DNA of 60,000 nt. Source: Laetmonice hystrix. Lineage: Eukaryota. A program made the translations under genes and the position numbers. The number at the start of each line of letters is the position of its first letter. Position 1 is the stretch's first letter. Where the stretch lies: contig OZ249436.1 of NCBI GenBank assembly GCA_965235115.1, forward strand, positions 40,550,001 to 40,610,000. Reading direction: 5' to 3'. Below are positions 10,991 to 22,772 of the stretch, piece by piece. The notes beneath the pieces were generated by a model. That model had not been told where the DNA came from. It searched no databases and worked only from the letters and a program-made list of their open reading frames with translations.

Positions 10991-11543
10991 AAGTTTTTTG
11001 GGAAGAATTTGTCTCCTTATAGCTAATTTCCTATTCAATTGAGACACAAGATAGCAGTGATGGAGCCAGCCCTCTAGTGGCAGAATACTGAAACGCCAGT
11101 TTGAAGAGGTGTCGGCCTTGGTGTTTTATATTCAACGTGGCCTCCATGCTTAAAACTTAAGACGTCGTAGTACAAAACGAGGATTAATCCATAGATTCTT
11201 TACATTTCCCCTCCCCCAACAGGAATGGGATATTTATGCAGAAAAGGGTCTTCAATCCGTTTTAATCGCGTTGCCGGGTGAGGTGAGAGACGATCGGTAG
11301 CAGAAATGTAATTTCCTGGTAGTCTCTAGACCAGGAAGATTGGGGAGTTTTGAAACCATGATAAAAGAGCAACAAAGATATCGAAAATAGAATTAATCGG
11401 TTTATTTGCATGATATTTACACATTCTAAGTAGTACAAGGGACGAAGATCATGTTTTCCTTGACCGTTCGTATAATCTCAGCAACATATAGCACCAAAGT
11501 GTTCACAAGAAATAATTGTGTTCGCTTCACAATTCAGTAACAA

Positions 11544-12296
11544 CTATTCTCTGCAGATCCCGTCAAACTGCACCAGTCCTTCAACATTGCAACTCGGCCG
11601 CGGTCGCGTCAAGTCGTGCAAAGTAGAGAAGTTGGGACGTCTCTTGGTTGTGGGTTTGCAATCGTCTGTGGCCTCGTCAGAATGCACAGTTCGTTGACAA
11701 GTCTCTGGCCTGTCTGTTTTCCTTTTTCTCTTCTCTCTCATGGAGCGTTCCCTTGCCATCCAGTTACGCACCCACTGAGAAGTTCGGCCCAGCTCCTTTG
11801 CAAGTCGGTCTGCCTCGTCGGACGTAGGGTACGGATAGTCGACGTTTTCCCGGAACCACTTGCGCAGCACTGAGGAAGTTGGCGTCTCCGCTCTGGTCTG
11901 GGTCCGTCGCACTGGACGGAGTCGCTTGGGCCTGGCTGGCTTCCTATAGCAGATCCTGGTAGGTGGCGCTACTGGACACGAAGGCGGCATGGGTACGGGA
12001 TAAGTCAGAGATACGGCCGACTTGTAACGGACAAAACTGTCGATGGAATGATCAAGTAGCACGTGTCTCTCGTTGTCATAGAACTGGTGGATGGTCGGCT
12101 GGAATCTCAGGTTGTCAGCGTGTCCGTACTCGGCTTGAAGGCGCAGCGTCTCGAGGGTCCTTGTCTCTTGTAAGTAGCACTCAACCACGTCTCCAACCAT
12201 CTGGAGTTGTTTGTCTTCTGGAAACTGTCGACCTGGTGGAGGAACCCAACGTGCCGATGATGTAAACTTGTACATCCTTGGAACTGCCTCTGGCAT
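11544..12296 (-). CDS. TALE homeodomain protein, 250-aa allele, unit 6
   Basis: Same ORF as unit 3. Confidence 0.7.
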   Translation of the reverse strand: MPEAVPRMYKFTSSARWVPPPGRQFPEDKQLQMVGDVVECYLQETRTLETLRLQAEYGHADNLRFQPTIHQFYDNERHVLLDHSIDSFVRYKSAVSLTYPVPMPPSCPVAPPTRICYRKPARPKRLRPVRRTQTRAETPTSSVLRKWFRENVDYPYPTSDEADRLAKELGRTSQWVRNWMARERSMREKRKRKTDRPETCQRTVHSDEATDDCKPTTKRRPNFSTLHDLTRPRPSCNVEGLVQFDGICRE

Positions 12297-12996
12297 CAGC
12301 CGGCCCGCAGGGACGTAGAGGGTGTGTTACGGGAGGGCTTCCAGGTACCGGCCTCCAGGCTGCTCCACTCTGGGTCGTCTGGAGACATGGGAGCTATGAC
12401 AATCGGGGCGACCTCGACCAGGCTGGTGTCGACCGCCGGCCGACTTGTTACATTCCTAGGTCGGTAATCCATGGTGTGGCAGCTGTGGTAAGTTGAAGGT
12501 AGCTTTGATGGTGATGTGACTGCAGCGATACCTTGGGCGGATCTGTGCTTGAGTCACTGAAACAGGATGCCTATATAGGCTTAAGGTGCGATTGAAGGTG
12601 AGACCAAAACCATCAAGCCTTCGTCTCGCATTTTTTTGAAGGGCAGTTCTATTTACAACTTCAAATAACACAGCTTCTGGGATGAAAGAAAAAGGTGTTA
12701 GTTAGATAAAGTGTTTGTAACACATTTGAACGTAGGTGACGAAAGGCCAGGATTCGTCTTATGACTTCAAAGAGTCACACCTTGATTTTGTATGACTCAT
12801 AGTTGAGCTTCAAAGGTTCACACATGGGCCGGGATGACTTGAGTCTCTATCACCTCTATCATACATTAAAGCATAAATTGTGTATTGCCCCTAAACACGT
12901 CGTCTTTTAATTGGTCGTTGCAGTGTTTCCCTTCTTCCATCTAGTTCTTATTTTATTTTTTTTAAACATAGAAAGGGGGAAAGTGAAATGTGGACA

Positions 12997-13078
12997 GACG
13001 AGGTGGCCGAGTGGTTAAGGCGATGGACTGCTAATCCATTGGGCTCTGCCCGCGTGGGTTCGAATCCCATCCTCGTCG
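12997..13078 (+). tRNA. tRNA-Ser(GCT), unit 7
   Basis: Full cloverleaf, T-run follows. Confidence 0.97.
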
Positions 13079-13632
13079 AAGTTTTTTGGGAAGAATTTGT
13101 CTCCTTATAGCTAATTTCCTATTCAATTGAGACACAAGATAGCAGTGATGGAGCCAGCCCTCTAGTGGCAGAATACTGAAACGCCAGTTTGAAGAGGTGT
13201 CGGCCTTGGTGTTTTATATTCAACGTGGCCTCCATGCTTAAAACTTAAGACGTCGTAGTACAAAACGAGGAGTAATCCATAGATTCTTTACATTTCCCCT
13301 CGCCCAACAGGAATGGGATATTTATGCAGAAAAGGGTCTTCAATCCGTTTTTAATCGCGTTGCCGGGTGAGGTGAGAGACGATCGGTAGCAGAAATGTAA
13401 TTTCCTGGTAGTCTCTAGACCAGGAAGATTGGGGAGTTTTGAAACCATGATGAAAGAGCAACAAAGATATCGAAAATAGAATTAATCGGTTTATTTGCAT
13501 GATATTTACACATTCTAAGTAGTACAAGGGACGAAGATCATGTTTTCCTTGACCGTTCGTATAATCTCAGCAACATATAGCACCAAAGTGTTCACAAGAA
13601 ATAATTGTGTTCGCTTCACAATTCAGTAACAA

Positions 13633-14385
13633 CTATTCTCTGCAGATCCCGTCAAACTGCACCAGTCCTTCAACATTGCAACTCGGCCGCGGTCGCGTCA
13701 AGTCGTGCAAAGTAGAGAAGTTGGGACGTCTCTTGGTTGTGGGTTTGCAATCGTCTGTGGCCTCGTCAGAATGCACAGTTCGTTGACAAGTCTCTGGCCT
13801 GTCTGTTTTCCTTTTTCTCTTCTCTCTCATGGAGCGTTCCCTTGCCATCCAGTTACGCACCCACTGAGAAGTTCGGCCCAGCTCCTTTGCAAGTCGGTCT
13901 GCCTCGTCGGACGTAGGGTACGGATAGTCGACGTTTTCCCGGAACCACTTGCGCAGCACTGAGGAAGTTGGCGTCTCCGCTCTGGTCTGGGTCCGTCGCA
14001 CTGGACGGAGTCGCTTGGGCCTGGCTGGCTTCCTATAGCAGATCCTGGTAGGTGGCGCTACTGGACACGAAGGCGGCATGGGCACGGGATAAGTCAGAGA
14101 TACGGCCGACTTGTAACGGACAAAACTGTCGATGGAATGATCAAGTAGCACGTGTCTCTCGTTGTCATAGAACTGGTGGATGGTCGGCTGGAATCTCAGG
14201 TTGTCAGCGTGTCCGTACTCGGCTTGAAGGCGCAGCGTCTCGAGGGTCCTTGTCTCTTGTAAGTAGCACTCAACCACGTCTCCAACCATCTGGAGTTGTT
14301 TGTCTTCTGGAAACTGTCGACCTGGTGGAGGAACCCAACGTGCCGATGATGTAAACTTGTACATCCTTGGAACTGCCTCTGGCAT
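13633..14385 (-). CDS. TALE homeodomain protein, 250-aa allele, unit 7
   Basis: Same ORF as unit 3. Confidence 0.7.
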   Translation of the reverse strand: MPEAVPRMYKFTSSARWVPPPGRQFPEDKQLQMVGDVVECYLQETRTLETLRLQAEYGHADNLRFQPTIHQFYDNERHVLLDHSIDSFVRYKSAVSLTYPVPMPPSCPVAPPTRICYRKPARPKRLRPVRRTQTRAETPTSSVLRKWFRENVDYPYPTSDEADRLAKELGRTSQWVRNWMARERSMREKRKRKTDRPETCQRTVHSDEATDDCKPTTKRRPNFSTLHDLTRPRPSCNVEGLVQFDGICRE

Positions 14386-15095
14386 CAGCCGGCCCGCAGG
14401 GACGTAGAGGGTGTGTTACGGGAGGGCTTCCAGGTACCGGCCTCCAGGCTGCTCCACTCTGGGTCGTCTGGAGACATGGGAGCGATGACAATCGGGGCGA
14501 CCTCGACCAGGCTGGTGTCGACCGCCGGCCGACTTGTTACATTCCTAGGTCGGTAATCCATGGTGTGGCAGCTGTGGTAAGTTGAAGGTAGCTTTGATGG
14601 TGATGTGACTGCAGCGATACCTTGGGCGGATCTGTGCTTGAGTCACTGAAACAGGATGCCTATATAGGCGTCTTCATCTTAAGGTGCGATTGAAGGTGAG
14701 ACCAAAACCATCAAGCCTTCGTCTCGCATTTTTTTGAAGGGCAGTTCTATTTACAACTTCAAATAACACAGCTTCTGGGATGAAAGAAAAAGGTGTTAGT
14801 TAGATAAAGTGTTTGTAACACATTTGAACGTAGGTGACGAAAGGCCAGGATTCGTCTTATGACTTCAAAGAGTCACACCTTGATTTTGTATGACTCATAG
14901 TTGAGCTTCAAAGGTTCACACATGGGCCGGGATGACTTGAGTCTCTATCACCTCTATCATACATTAAAGCATAAATTGAGTATTGCCCCTAAACACGTCG
15001 TCTTTTAATTGGTCATTGCAGTGTTTCCCTTCTTCCATCTAGTTCTTATTTTATTTTTTTTGAAACATAGAAAGGGGGAAAGTGAAATGTGGACA

Positions 15096-15177
15096 GACGA
15101 GGTGGCCGAGTGGTTAAGGCGATGGACTGCTAATCCATTGGGCTCTGCCCGCGTGGGTTCGAATCCCATCCTCGTCG
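15096..15177 (+). tRNA. tRNA-Ser(GCT), unit 8
   Basis: Full cloverleaf, T-run follows. Confidence 0.97.
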
Positions 15178-15730
15178 AAGTTTTTTGGGAAGAATTTGTC
15201 TCCTTATAGCTAATTTCCTATTCAATTGAGACACAAGATAGCAGTGATGGAGCCAGCCCTCTAGTGGCAGAATACTGAAACGCCAGTTTGAAGAGGTGTC
15301 GGCCTTGGTGTTTTATATTCAACGTGGCCTCCATGCTTAAAACTTAAGACGTCGTAGTACAAAACGAGGAGTAATCCATAGATTCTTTACATTTCCCCTC
15401 CCCCAACAGGAATGGTATATTTATGCAGAAAAGGGTCTTCAATCCGTTTTAATCGCGTTGCCGGGTGAGGTGAGAGACGATCGGTAGCAGAAATGCAATT
15501 TCCTGGTAGTCTCTAGACCAGGAAGATTGGGGAGTTTTGAAACCATGATGAAAGAGCAACAAAGATATCGAAAATAGAATTAATCGGTTTATTTGCATGA
15601 TATTTACACATTCTAAGTAGTACAAGGGACGAAGATCATGTTTTCCTTGACCGTTCGTATAATCTCAGCAACATATAGCACCAAAGTGTTCACAAGAAAT
15701 AATTGTGTTCGCTTCACAATTCAGTAACAA

Positions 15731-16483
15731 CTATTCTCTGCAGATCCCGTCAAACTGCACCAGTCCTTCAACATTGCAACTCGGCCGCGGTCGCGTCAAG
15801 TCGTGCAAAGTAGAGAAGTTGGGACGTCTCTTGGTTGTGGGTTTGCAATCGTCTGTGGCCTCGTCAGAATGCACAGTTCGTTGACAAGTCTCTGGCCTGT
15901 CTGTTTTCCTTTTTCTCTTCTCTCTCATGGAGCGTTCCCTTGCCATCCAGTTACGCACCCACTGAGAAGTTCGGCCCAGCTCCTTTGCAAGTCGGTCTGC
16001 CTCGTCGGACGTAGGGTACGGATAGTCGACGTTTTCCCGGAACCACTTGCGCAGCACTGAGGAAGTTGGCGTCTCCGCTCTGGTCTGGGTCCGTCGCACT
16101 GGACGGAGTCGCTTGGGCCTGGCTGGCTTCCTATAGCAGATCCTGGTAGGTGGCGCTACTGGACACGAAGGCGGCATGGGCACGGGATAAGTCAGAGATA
16201 CGGCCGACTTGTAACGGACAAAACTGTCGATGGAATGATCAAGTAGCACGTGTCTCTCGTTGTCATAGAACTGGTGGATGGTCGGCTGGAATCTCAGGTT
16301 GTCAGCGTGTCCGTACTCGGCTTGAAGGCGCAGCGTCTCGAGGGTCCTTGTCTCTTGTAAGTAGCACTCAACCACGTCTCCAACCATCTGGAGTTGTTTG
16401 TCTTCTGGAAACTGTCGACCTGGTGGAGGAACCCAACGTGCCGATGATGTAAACTTGTACATCCTTGGAACTGCCTCTGGCAT
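15731..16483 (-). CDS. TALE homeodomain protein, 250-aa allele, unit 8
   Basis: Same ORF as unit 3. Confidence 0.7.
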   Translation of the reverse strand: MPEAVPRMYKFTSSARWVPPPGRQFPEDKQLQMVGDVVECYLQETRTLETLRLQAEYGHADNLRFQPTIHQFYDNERHVLLDHSIDSFVRYKSAVSLTYPVPMPPSCPVAPPTRICYRKPARPKRLRPVRRTQTRAETPTSSVLRKWFRENVDYPYPTSDEADRLAKELGRTSQWVRNWMARERSMREKRKRKTDRPETCQRTVHSDEATDDCKPTTKRRPNFSTLHDLTRPRPSCNVEGLVQFDGICRE

Positions 16484-17193
16484 CAGCCGGCCCGCAGGGA
16501 CGTAGAGGGTGTGTTACGGGAGGGCTTCCAGGTACCGGCCTCCAGGCTGCTCCACTCTGGGTCGTCTGGAGACATGGGAGCGATGACAATCGGGGCGACC
16601 TCGACCAGGCTGGTGTCGATCGCCGGCCGACTTGTTACATTCCTAGGTCGGTAATCCATGGTGTGGCAGCTGTGGTAAGTTGAAGGTAGCTTTGATGGTG
16701 ATGTGACTGCAGCGATACCTTGGGCGGATCTGTGCTTGAGTCACTGAAACAGGATGCCTATATAGGCGTCTTCATCTTAAGGTGCGATTGAAGGTGAGAC
16801 CAAAACCATCAAGCCTTCGTCTCGCATTTTTTTGAAGGGCAGTTCTATTTACAACTTCAAATAACACAGCTTCTGGGATGAAAGAAAAAGGTGTTAGTTA
16901 GATAAAGTGTTTGTAACACATTTGAACGTAGGTGACGAAAGGCCAGGATTCGTCTTATGACTTCAAAAAGTCACACCTTGATTTTGTATGACTCATAGTT
17001 GAGCTTCAAAGGTTCACACATGGGCCGGGATGACTTGAGTCTCTATCACCTCTATCATACATTAAAGCATAAATTGAGTATTGCCCCTAAACACGTCGTC
17101 TTTTAATTGGTCATTGCAGTGTTTCCCTTCTTCCATCTAGTTCTTATTTTATTTTTTTTGAAACATAGAAAGGGGGAAAGTGAAATGTGGACA

Positions 17194-17275
17194 GACGAGG
17201 TGGCCGAGTGGTTAAGGCGATGGACTGCTAATCCATTGGGCTCTGCCCGCGTGGGTTCGAATCCCATCCTCGTCG
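17194..17275 (+). tRNA. tRNA-Ser(GCT), unit 9
   Basis: Full cloverleaf, T-run follows. Confidence 0.97.
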
Positions 17276-17828
17276 AAGTTTTTTGGGAAGAATTTGTCTC
17301 CTTATAGCTAATTTCCTATTCAATTGAGACACAAGATAGCAGTGATGGAGCCAGCCCTCTAGTGGCAGAATACTGAAACGCCAGTTTGAAGAGGTGTCGG
17401 CCTTGGTGTTTTATATTCAACGTGGCCTCCATGCTTAAAACTTAAGACGTCGTAGTACAAAACGAGGAGTAATCCATAGATTCTTTACATTTCCCCTCCC
17501 CCAACAGGAATGGTATATTTATGCAGAAAAGGGTCTTCAATCCGTTTTAATCGCGTTGCCGGGTGAGGTGAGAGACGATCGGTAGCAGAAATGCAATTTC
17601 CTGGTAGTCTCTAGACCAGGAAGATTGGGGAGTTTTGAAACCATGATGAAAGAGCAACAAAGATATCGAAAATAGAATTAATCGGTTTATTTGCATGATA
17701 TTTACACATTCTAAGTAGTACAAGGGACGAAGATCATGTTTTCCTTGACCGTTCGTATAATCTCAGCAACATATAGCACCAAAGTGTTCACAAGAAATAA
17801 TTGTGTTCGCTTCACAATTCAGTAACAA

Positions 17829-18758
17829 CTATTCTCTGCAGATCCCGTCAAACTGCACCAGTCCTTCAACATTGCAACTCGGCCGCGGTCGCGTCAAGTC
17901 GTGCAAAGTAGAGAAGTTGGGACGTCTCTTGGTTGTGGGTTTGCAATCGTCTGTGGCCTCGTCAGAATGCACAGTTCGTTGACAAGTCTCTGGCCTGTCT
18001 GTTTTCCTTTTTCTCTTCTCTCTCATGGAGCGTTCCCTTGCCATCCAGTTACGCACCCACTGAGAAGTTCGGCCCAGCTCCTTTGCAAGTCGGTCTGCCT
18101 CGTCGGACGTAGGGTACGGATAGTCGACGTTTTCCCGGAACCACTTGCGCAGCACTGAGGAAGTTGGCGTCTCCGCTTTGGTCTGGGTCCGTCGCACTGG
18201 ACGGAGTCGCTTGGGCCTGGCTGGCTTCCTATAGCAGATCCTGGTAGGTGGCGCTACTGGACACGAAGGCGGCATGGGTACGGGATAAGTCAGAGATACG
18301 GCCGACTTGTAACGGACAAAACTGTCGATGGCATGATCAAGTAGCACGTGTCTCTCGTTGTCATAGAACTGGTGGATGGTCGGCTGGAATCTCAGGTTGT
18401 CAGCGTGTCCGTACTCGGCTTGAAGGCGCAGCGTCTCGAGGGTCCTTGTCTCTTGTAAGTAGCACTCAACCAGCGTCTCCAACCATCTGGAGTTGTTTGT
18501 CTTCTGGAAACTGTCGACTTGGTGGAGGAACCCAACGTGCCGATGATGTAAACTTGTACATCCTTGGAACTGCCTCTGGCATCGGACCGCCCACAGGGAC
18601 GTAGAGGGTGTGTTACGGGAGGGCTTCCAGGTACCGGCCTCCAGGCTGCTCCACTCTGGGTCGTCTGGAGACATGGGAGCGATGACAATCGGGGCGACCT
18701 CGACCAGGCTGGTGTCGACCGCCGGCCGACTTGTTACATTCCTAGGTCGGTAATCCAT
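17829..18758 (-). CDS. Divergent TALE-class homeodomain protein, full-length 309 aa, unit 9
   Basis: Uninterrupted ORF from ATG with A at -3 and G at +4; helical Y..E...LE..R...FYDNERH.LLD block, PYP homeodomain, KRKRK basic patch. Confidence 0.85.
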   Translation of the reverse strand: MDYRPRNVTSRPAVDTSLVEVAPIVIAPMSPDDPEWSSLEAGTWKPSRNTPSTSLWAVRCQRQFQGCTSLHHRHVGFLHQVDSFQKTNNSRWLETLVECYLQETRTLETLRLQAEYGHADNLRFQPTIHQFYDNERHVLLDHAIDSFVRYKSAVSLTYPVPMPPSCPVAPPTRICYRKPARPKRLRPVRRTQTKAETPTSSVLRKWFRENVDYPYPTSDEADRLAKELGRTSQWVRNWMARERSMREKRKRKTDRPETCQRTVHSDEATDDCKPTTKRRPNFSTLHDLTRPRPSCNVEGLVQFDGICRE

Positions 18759-18960
18759 AGTGTGGCAGCTGTGGTAAGTTGAAGGTAGCTTTGATGGTGA
18801 TGTGACTGCAGCGATACCTTGGGCGGATCTGTGCTTGAGTCACTGAAACAGGATGCCTATATAGGCGTCTTCATCTTAAGGTGCGATTGAAGGTGAGACC
18901 AAAACCATCAAGCCTTCGTCTCGCATTTTTTTGAAGGGCAGTTCTATTTACTACTTCAAA

Positions 18961-21900
18961 CTAGAAACTCTGATTGCCAAGCAATACAGGTAGGATCCCA
19001 TTTCCCCAATGGTTTGCTATCATTACCTACATTTTTCTCTCCTTTAATTTGACAGTCCTGTGATTCCGCCAACTGTTCCACAGGTATACTTGACACTGCC
19101 GTGCCGACATTACCTCTGGAGGTTATTTTCATTTACATGGAATTTACTAAGTACCCCTTTGACAATTATGAAATAGTATAGTCCTTAAACCTGTTATCGG
19201 CATCATGAACAATTGACACGGATAGGCCTACGGGGCCTATCAAAAAGCGCCCTGCCAGCTCAGTGTCACACAAGGCCAATGGGAGTGAATGTCATCCACA
19301 CCAGGCTTTTGACTCAGACTGAAACGAAGTGCAACTGACCAAAAGTTTAGCATGTCACCTTAATTCCACAGCCAACAATCAAAGTATTCTTTTATTCAGC
19401 TCTCCTCCCATGTAAGATTCAAAAACATATACATTAGACAGTTAGCCTACACCCCAGTTCAAAAACCACAGTTAATTCAATTATGTCAGTTCTGAATACA
19501 CATATTCCTCCAACCCCCACCCTGACTGTGAGGCAAGGGGGAGTATACAAAAACATGTATTAGACAGAACCTACAGTTTAGAGGCACAGCGAATTCAGTA
19601 CTGTGAGTCTGGAATACACATAGGCTATTCCTCCAACCACATCCTGACTGGCGGCCGCGTCACAGTAGGAGATCTGGGCCGACCGGGACCTTATCAGCAG
19701 CAGTTACGTAACGCTACCGACCTCGGGTGGCTGTTCACAGCCGGCGGTCTGTATACGCAGACAGCCGACCGTCCAGAGTGATAAACATTTTATTGTGAAG
19801 ACTATACCGATTATAACTTACAATTCTGACCATATTACCTTTCCAAGAAAAGAACTAAACGATTAGTGGTATACCTGACTCTATACACTTTATAACTGTT
19901 ATATTTGTAGATGGCTATCATACACACGTTTCAAGATAGAGACTGTCTACGTCAGATTACATATTTCATCATAAATACAAAATTATTGGTCGATTTATGA
20001 AAATAATTAGACAAAGCGACCAATCCTTTATAGATGCACACATCTAGTGACCAAATACATGATTCCTATCTCATTGAAGCAGTTTTAGCAAAATGTGCCA
20101 AAAGTTACAAATTTTAAAGTCACGTGACTCTCTTAATATACGTCAAATTATTTATTTCTAAACGTCCCCATAACGAGCCACCTTATGAGACTCTTCAGAC
20201 ACACTTTCCCTACATATTGCAAAATATTGAGGGAGGAGATGCTATTTAAGCTGTTTAACACCTTTGACCTAGATCTCCCAAAGGTCAAAGGTTCGAGGTC
20301 AAATTCAGGTGCATGACGATTAATGCCTAAGTGCCTAATTAGGAATTATCATGGAGATTGCTCCTACCTTTCCAGAAATTCAAGAAATGAGCCCTCCTTT
20401 GAGAAACTTTAACACGTCATAAGTCATTGACGTGACGTCATATGACGTAATCAGTCAATAGCTGATCATTTTAGTGGATGATCAATGTTCCCTGCAAGTT
20501 TCATGACGATACCTCCATAGATAACCGAGATACAGCAAAAGTCTTACCACACCAATAACTAGAAACTCTGATTGCCAAGCAATACAGGTAGGATCCCATT
20601 TCCCCAATGGTTTTCTATCATTACCTACATTTTTCTCTTCTTTAATTTGACTGTCCTGTGATTCCGCCAACTGTTCCACAGGTATACTTGACACTGCCGT
20701 GCCGACATTACCTCTGGAGGTTATTTTCATTTACATGGAATTTACTATCTAAGTACCCCTTTGACAATTATGAAATAGTATAGTCCTTAAACCTGTTATG
20801 GGCATCATGAACAATTGACATGGATAGGCCTAGGGGGCCTATCAAAAAGCGCCCTGCCAGGTCAGTGTCACACAAGGCCAATGGGTGTGAATGTCATCCA
20901 CAACAGGCTTTTGACTCAGGCTGAAACGAAGTGCAACTGACCAAAAGTTTAGCATGTCACCTTAATTCCACAGCCAACAATCAAAGTATTTTTTTATTCA
21001 GCTCTCCTCCCATGTAAGATTCAAAAACATATACATTAGACAGTTAGCCTACACCCCCAGTTCAAAACCACAGTTAATTCAATTATGTCAGTTCTGAATA
21101 CACATATTCCTCCAACCCCCACCCTGACTGTGAGGCAAGGGAGAGTATCCAAAACATGTATTAGACAGAACCTACAGTTTAGAGGCACAGCTAATTCAGT
21201 AATGTCAGTTTGGAATACACATGGGCTATTTCTCCAACTGACTGGGAGGAAGGGGTGGGGGAGCAGTGACCGACCGGCGGGCCCTTATCACCAACCCTTA
21301 CGTAACTCTGCCGACTTCTGGCGGCCGCGTCACAGTAGGAGATATGTGTATTCCAACCTCTATTCACAGTCGGTTGCCTGTATACACAGAGACCCGACCA
21401 TCCAGAGTGACAAACATTTTATTGTGAAGACTATACCGATTAAAACTTACAATTCTGACCATATTACCTTTCCAAGAAAAGAACTAAACGACCAGCAGTA
21501 TACCTGACTCTATACACTTTGTAACTGTTATATTTGTAGATGGCTATCATACACACGTTTTAGGTAGAGCCTGTCAACGTCAGATTACATATTTCATCAT
21601 AAAAAAAAAAGATATTGGTAAATTTATGCAAAAAGTTATGCAAAGTGACCAATCTTTAATAGGACCACACATCTAGTGACCAAATATATGATTCCTATCT
21701 CGTTGAAGCCATTTTAGCAAAAAGTGCCAAAAGTGCCAAATTTCAAAGTCACGTGACTCTCTTAATATGAGTCAAATTCTTTATTTCTAGACGTCCCCAT
21801 AAAGAGCCACCTTATGAGACTCTTCAGACACACTTTGCCTACATATTGCAAAATATTGGGGGAGGAGATGTAATTTAAGCTGTTTAACATCTTTTACCTA

Positions 21901-22359
21901 GATCTCACAAAGGTCAAAGGTAAGAGGTCAAATTCAGGTGCATGACGATTAATGCCTAAGTGCCTAATTAGGAACTACCATGGAGATTGCTCCTACTTTT
22001 CCAGAAATTCAAGAAATGAGCCCTCATTTGAGCAACTTTAACACGTCATAAGTCATTGACGTGACGTCATATGACGTAATCAGTCAATAGCTGATCATTT
22101 TAGTGGATGATCAATGTCCCCTGCAAGTTTCATGACGATATCTTCATAGATAACCGAGATACGGCAAAAGTCTAACTACGGGAATAATCAGAAGAAGAAG
22201 AAGAAGAAGAAGAATAGCGTAGACGAAACCGAGTGATTTCAAAATCCCATTTCCCCCTTCGGGGGGGAAATGGGATAATCAGAAGAAGAAGAAGAATAGT
22301 GTAGACGAAACCAAGTGATTTCAAAATCCCATTTCCCCCTTCGGGGGGAAATGGGATAA
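18961..22359 (-). mobile_element. Non-autonomous Helentron/HINE (DINE-1-like) element A, containing nested relative B; 3399 bp in total
   Basis: Empty site CTTCAAA^TAACAC in other units, no TSD; subterminal IRs ATCCCATTTCCCC (18995-19007) / GGGGAAATGGGAT (22345-22357); 14-bp hairpin 22326-22357; (GAA)n; stem-loop 18970-18989 then CTAG at the minus-strand 3' end. Confidence 0.85.
20559..22278 (-). mobile_element. Nested HINE element B (1720 bp) inside element A
   Basis: Same termini (CTAGAAACTC...GGGAAATGGGATAA); removing it restores AATAA^TCAGAAGAAG of element A. Confidence 0.85.
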
Positions 22360-22690
22360 TAACACAGCTTCTGAGATGAAAGAAAAAGGTGTTAGTTAGA
22401 TAAAGTGTTTGTAACACATTTGAACGTAGGTGACGAAAGGCCAGGATTCGTCTTATGACTGCAAAGAGTCACACCTTGATTTTGTATGACTCATAGTTGA
22501 GCTTCAAAGGTTCACACATGGGCCGGGATGACTTGAGTCTCTATCACCTCTATCATACATTAAAGCATAAATTGAGTATTGCCCCTAAACACGTCGTCTT
22601 TTAATTGGTCATTGCAGTGTTTCCCTTCTTCCATCTAGTTCTTATTTTATTTTTTTGAAACATAGAAAGGGGGAAAGTGAAATGTGGACA

Positions 22691-22772
22691 GACGAGGTGG
22701 CCGAGTGGTTAAGGCGATGGACTGCTAATCCATTGGGGTCTGCCCGCGTGGGTTCGAATCCCATCCTCGTCG
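22691..22772 (+). tRNA. tRNA-Ser(GCT), unit 10 (variable-arm variant GGGG-TCT-GCCC)
   Basis: Cloverleaf with one variable-arm substitution; T5 follows. Confidence 0.95.

Noticed and set aside
15009..15209. 66-aa ORF also at 17107-17307
   Set aside because: Reads through the tRNA gene and exists only because of one extra T in a homopolymer
17829..18758. Assigning a gene symbol (Irx, Meis, Pbx, TGIF, Mkx, DUX)
   Set aside because: Homeodomain too divergent and lacks the diagnostic IRO, MEIS or PBC features; DUX is only an architectural analogy
21085..21507. 140-aa ORF in HINE element B (also 28347-28769)
   Set aside because: No Rep/helicase motifs and not kept open in sister element A
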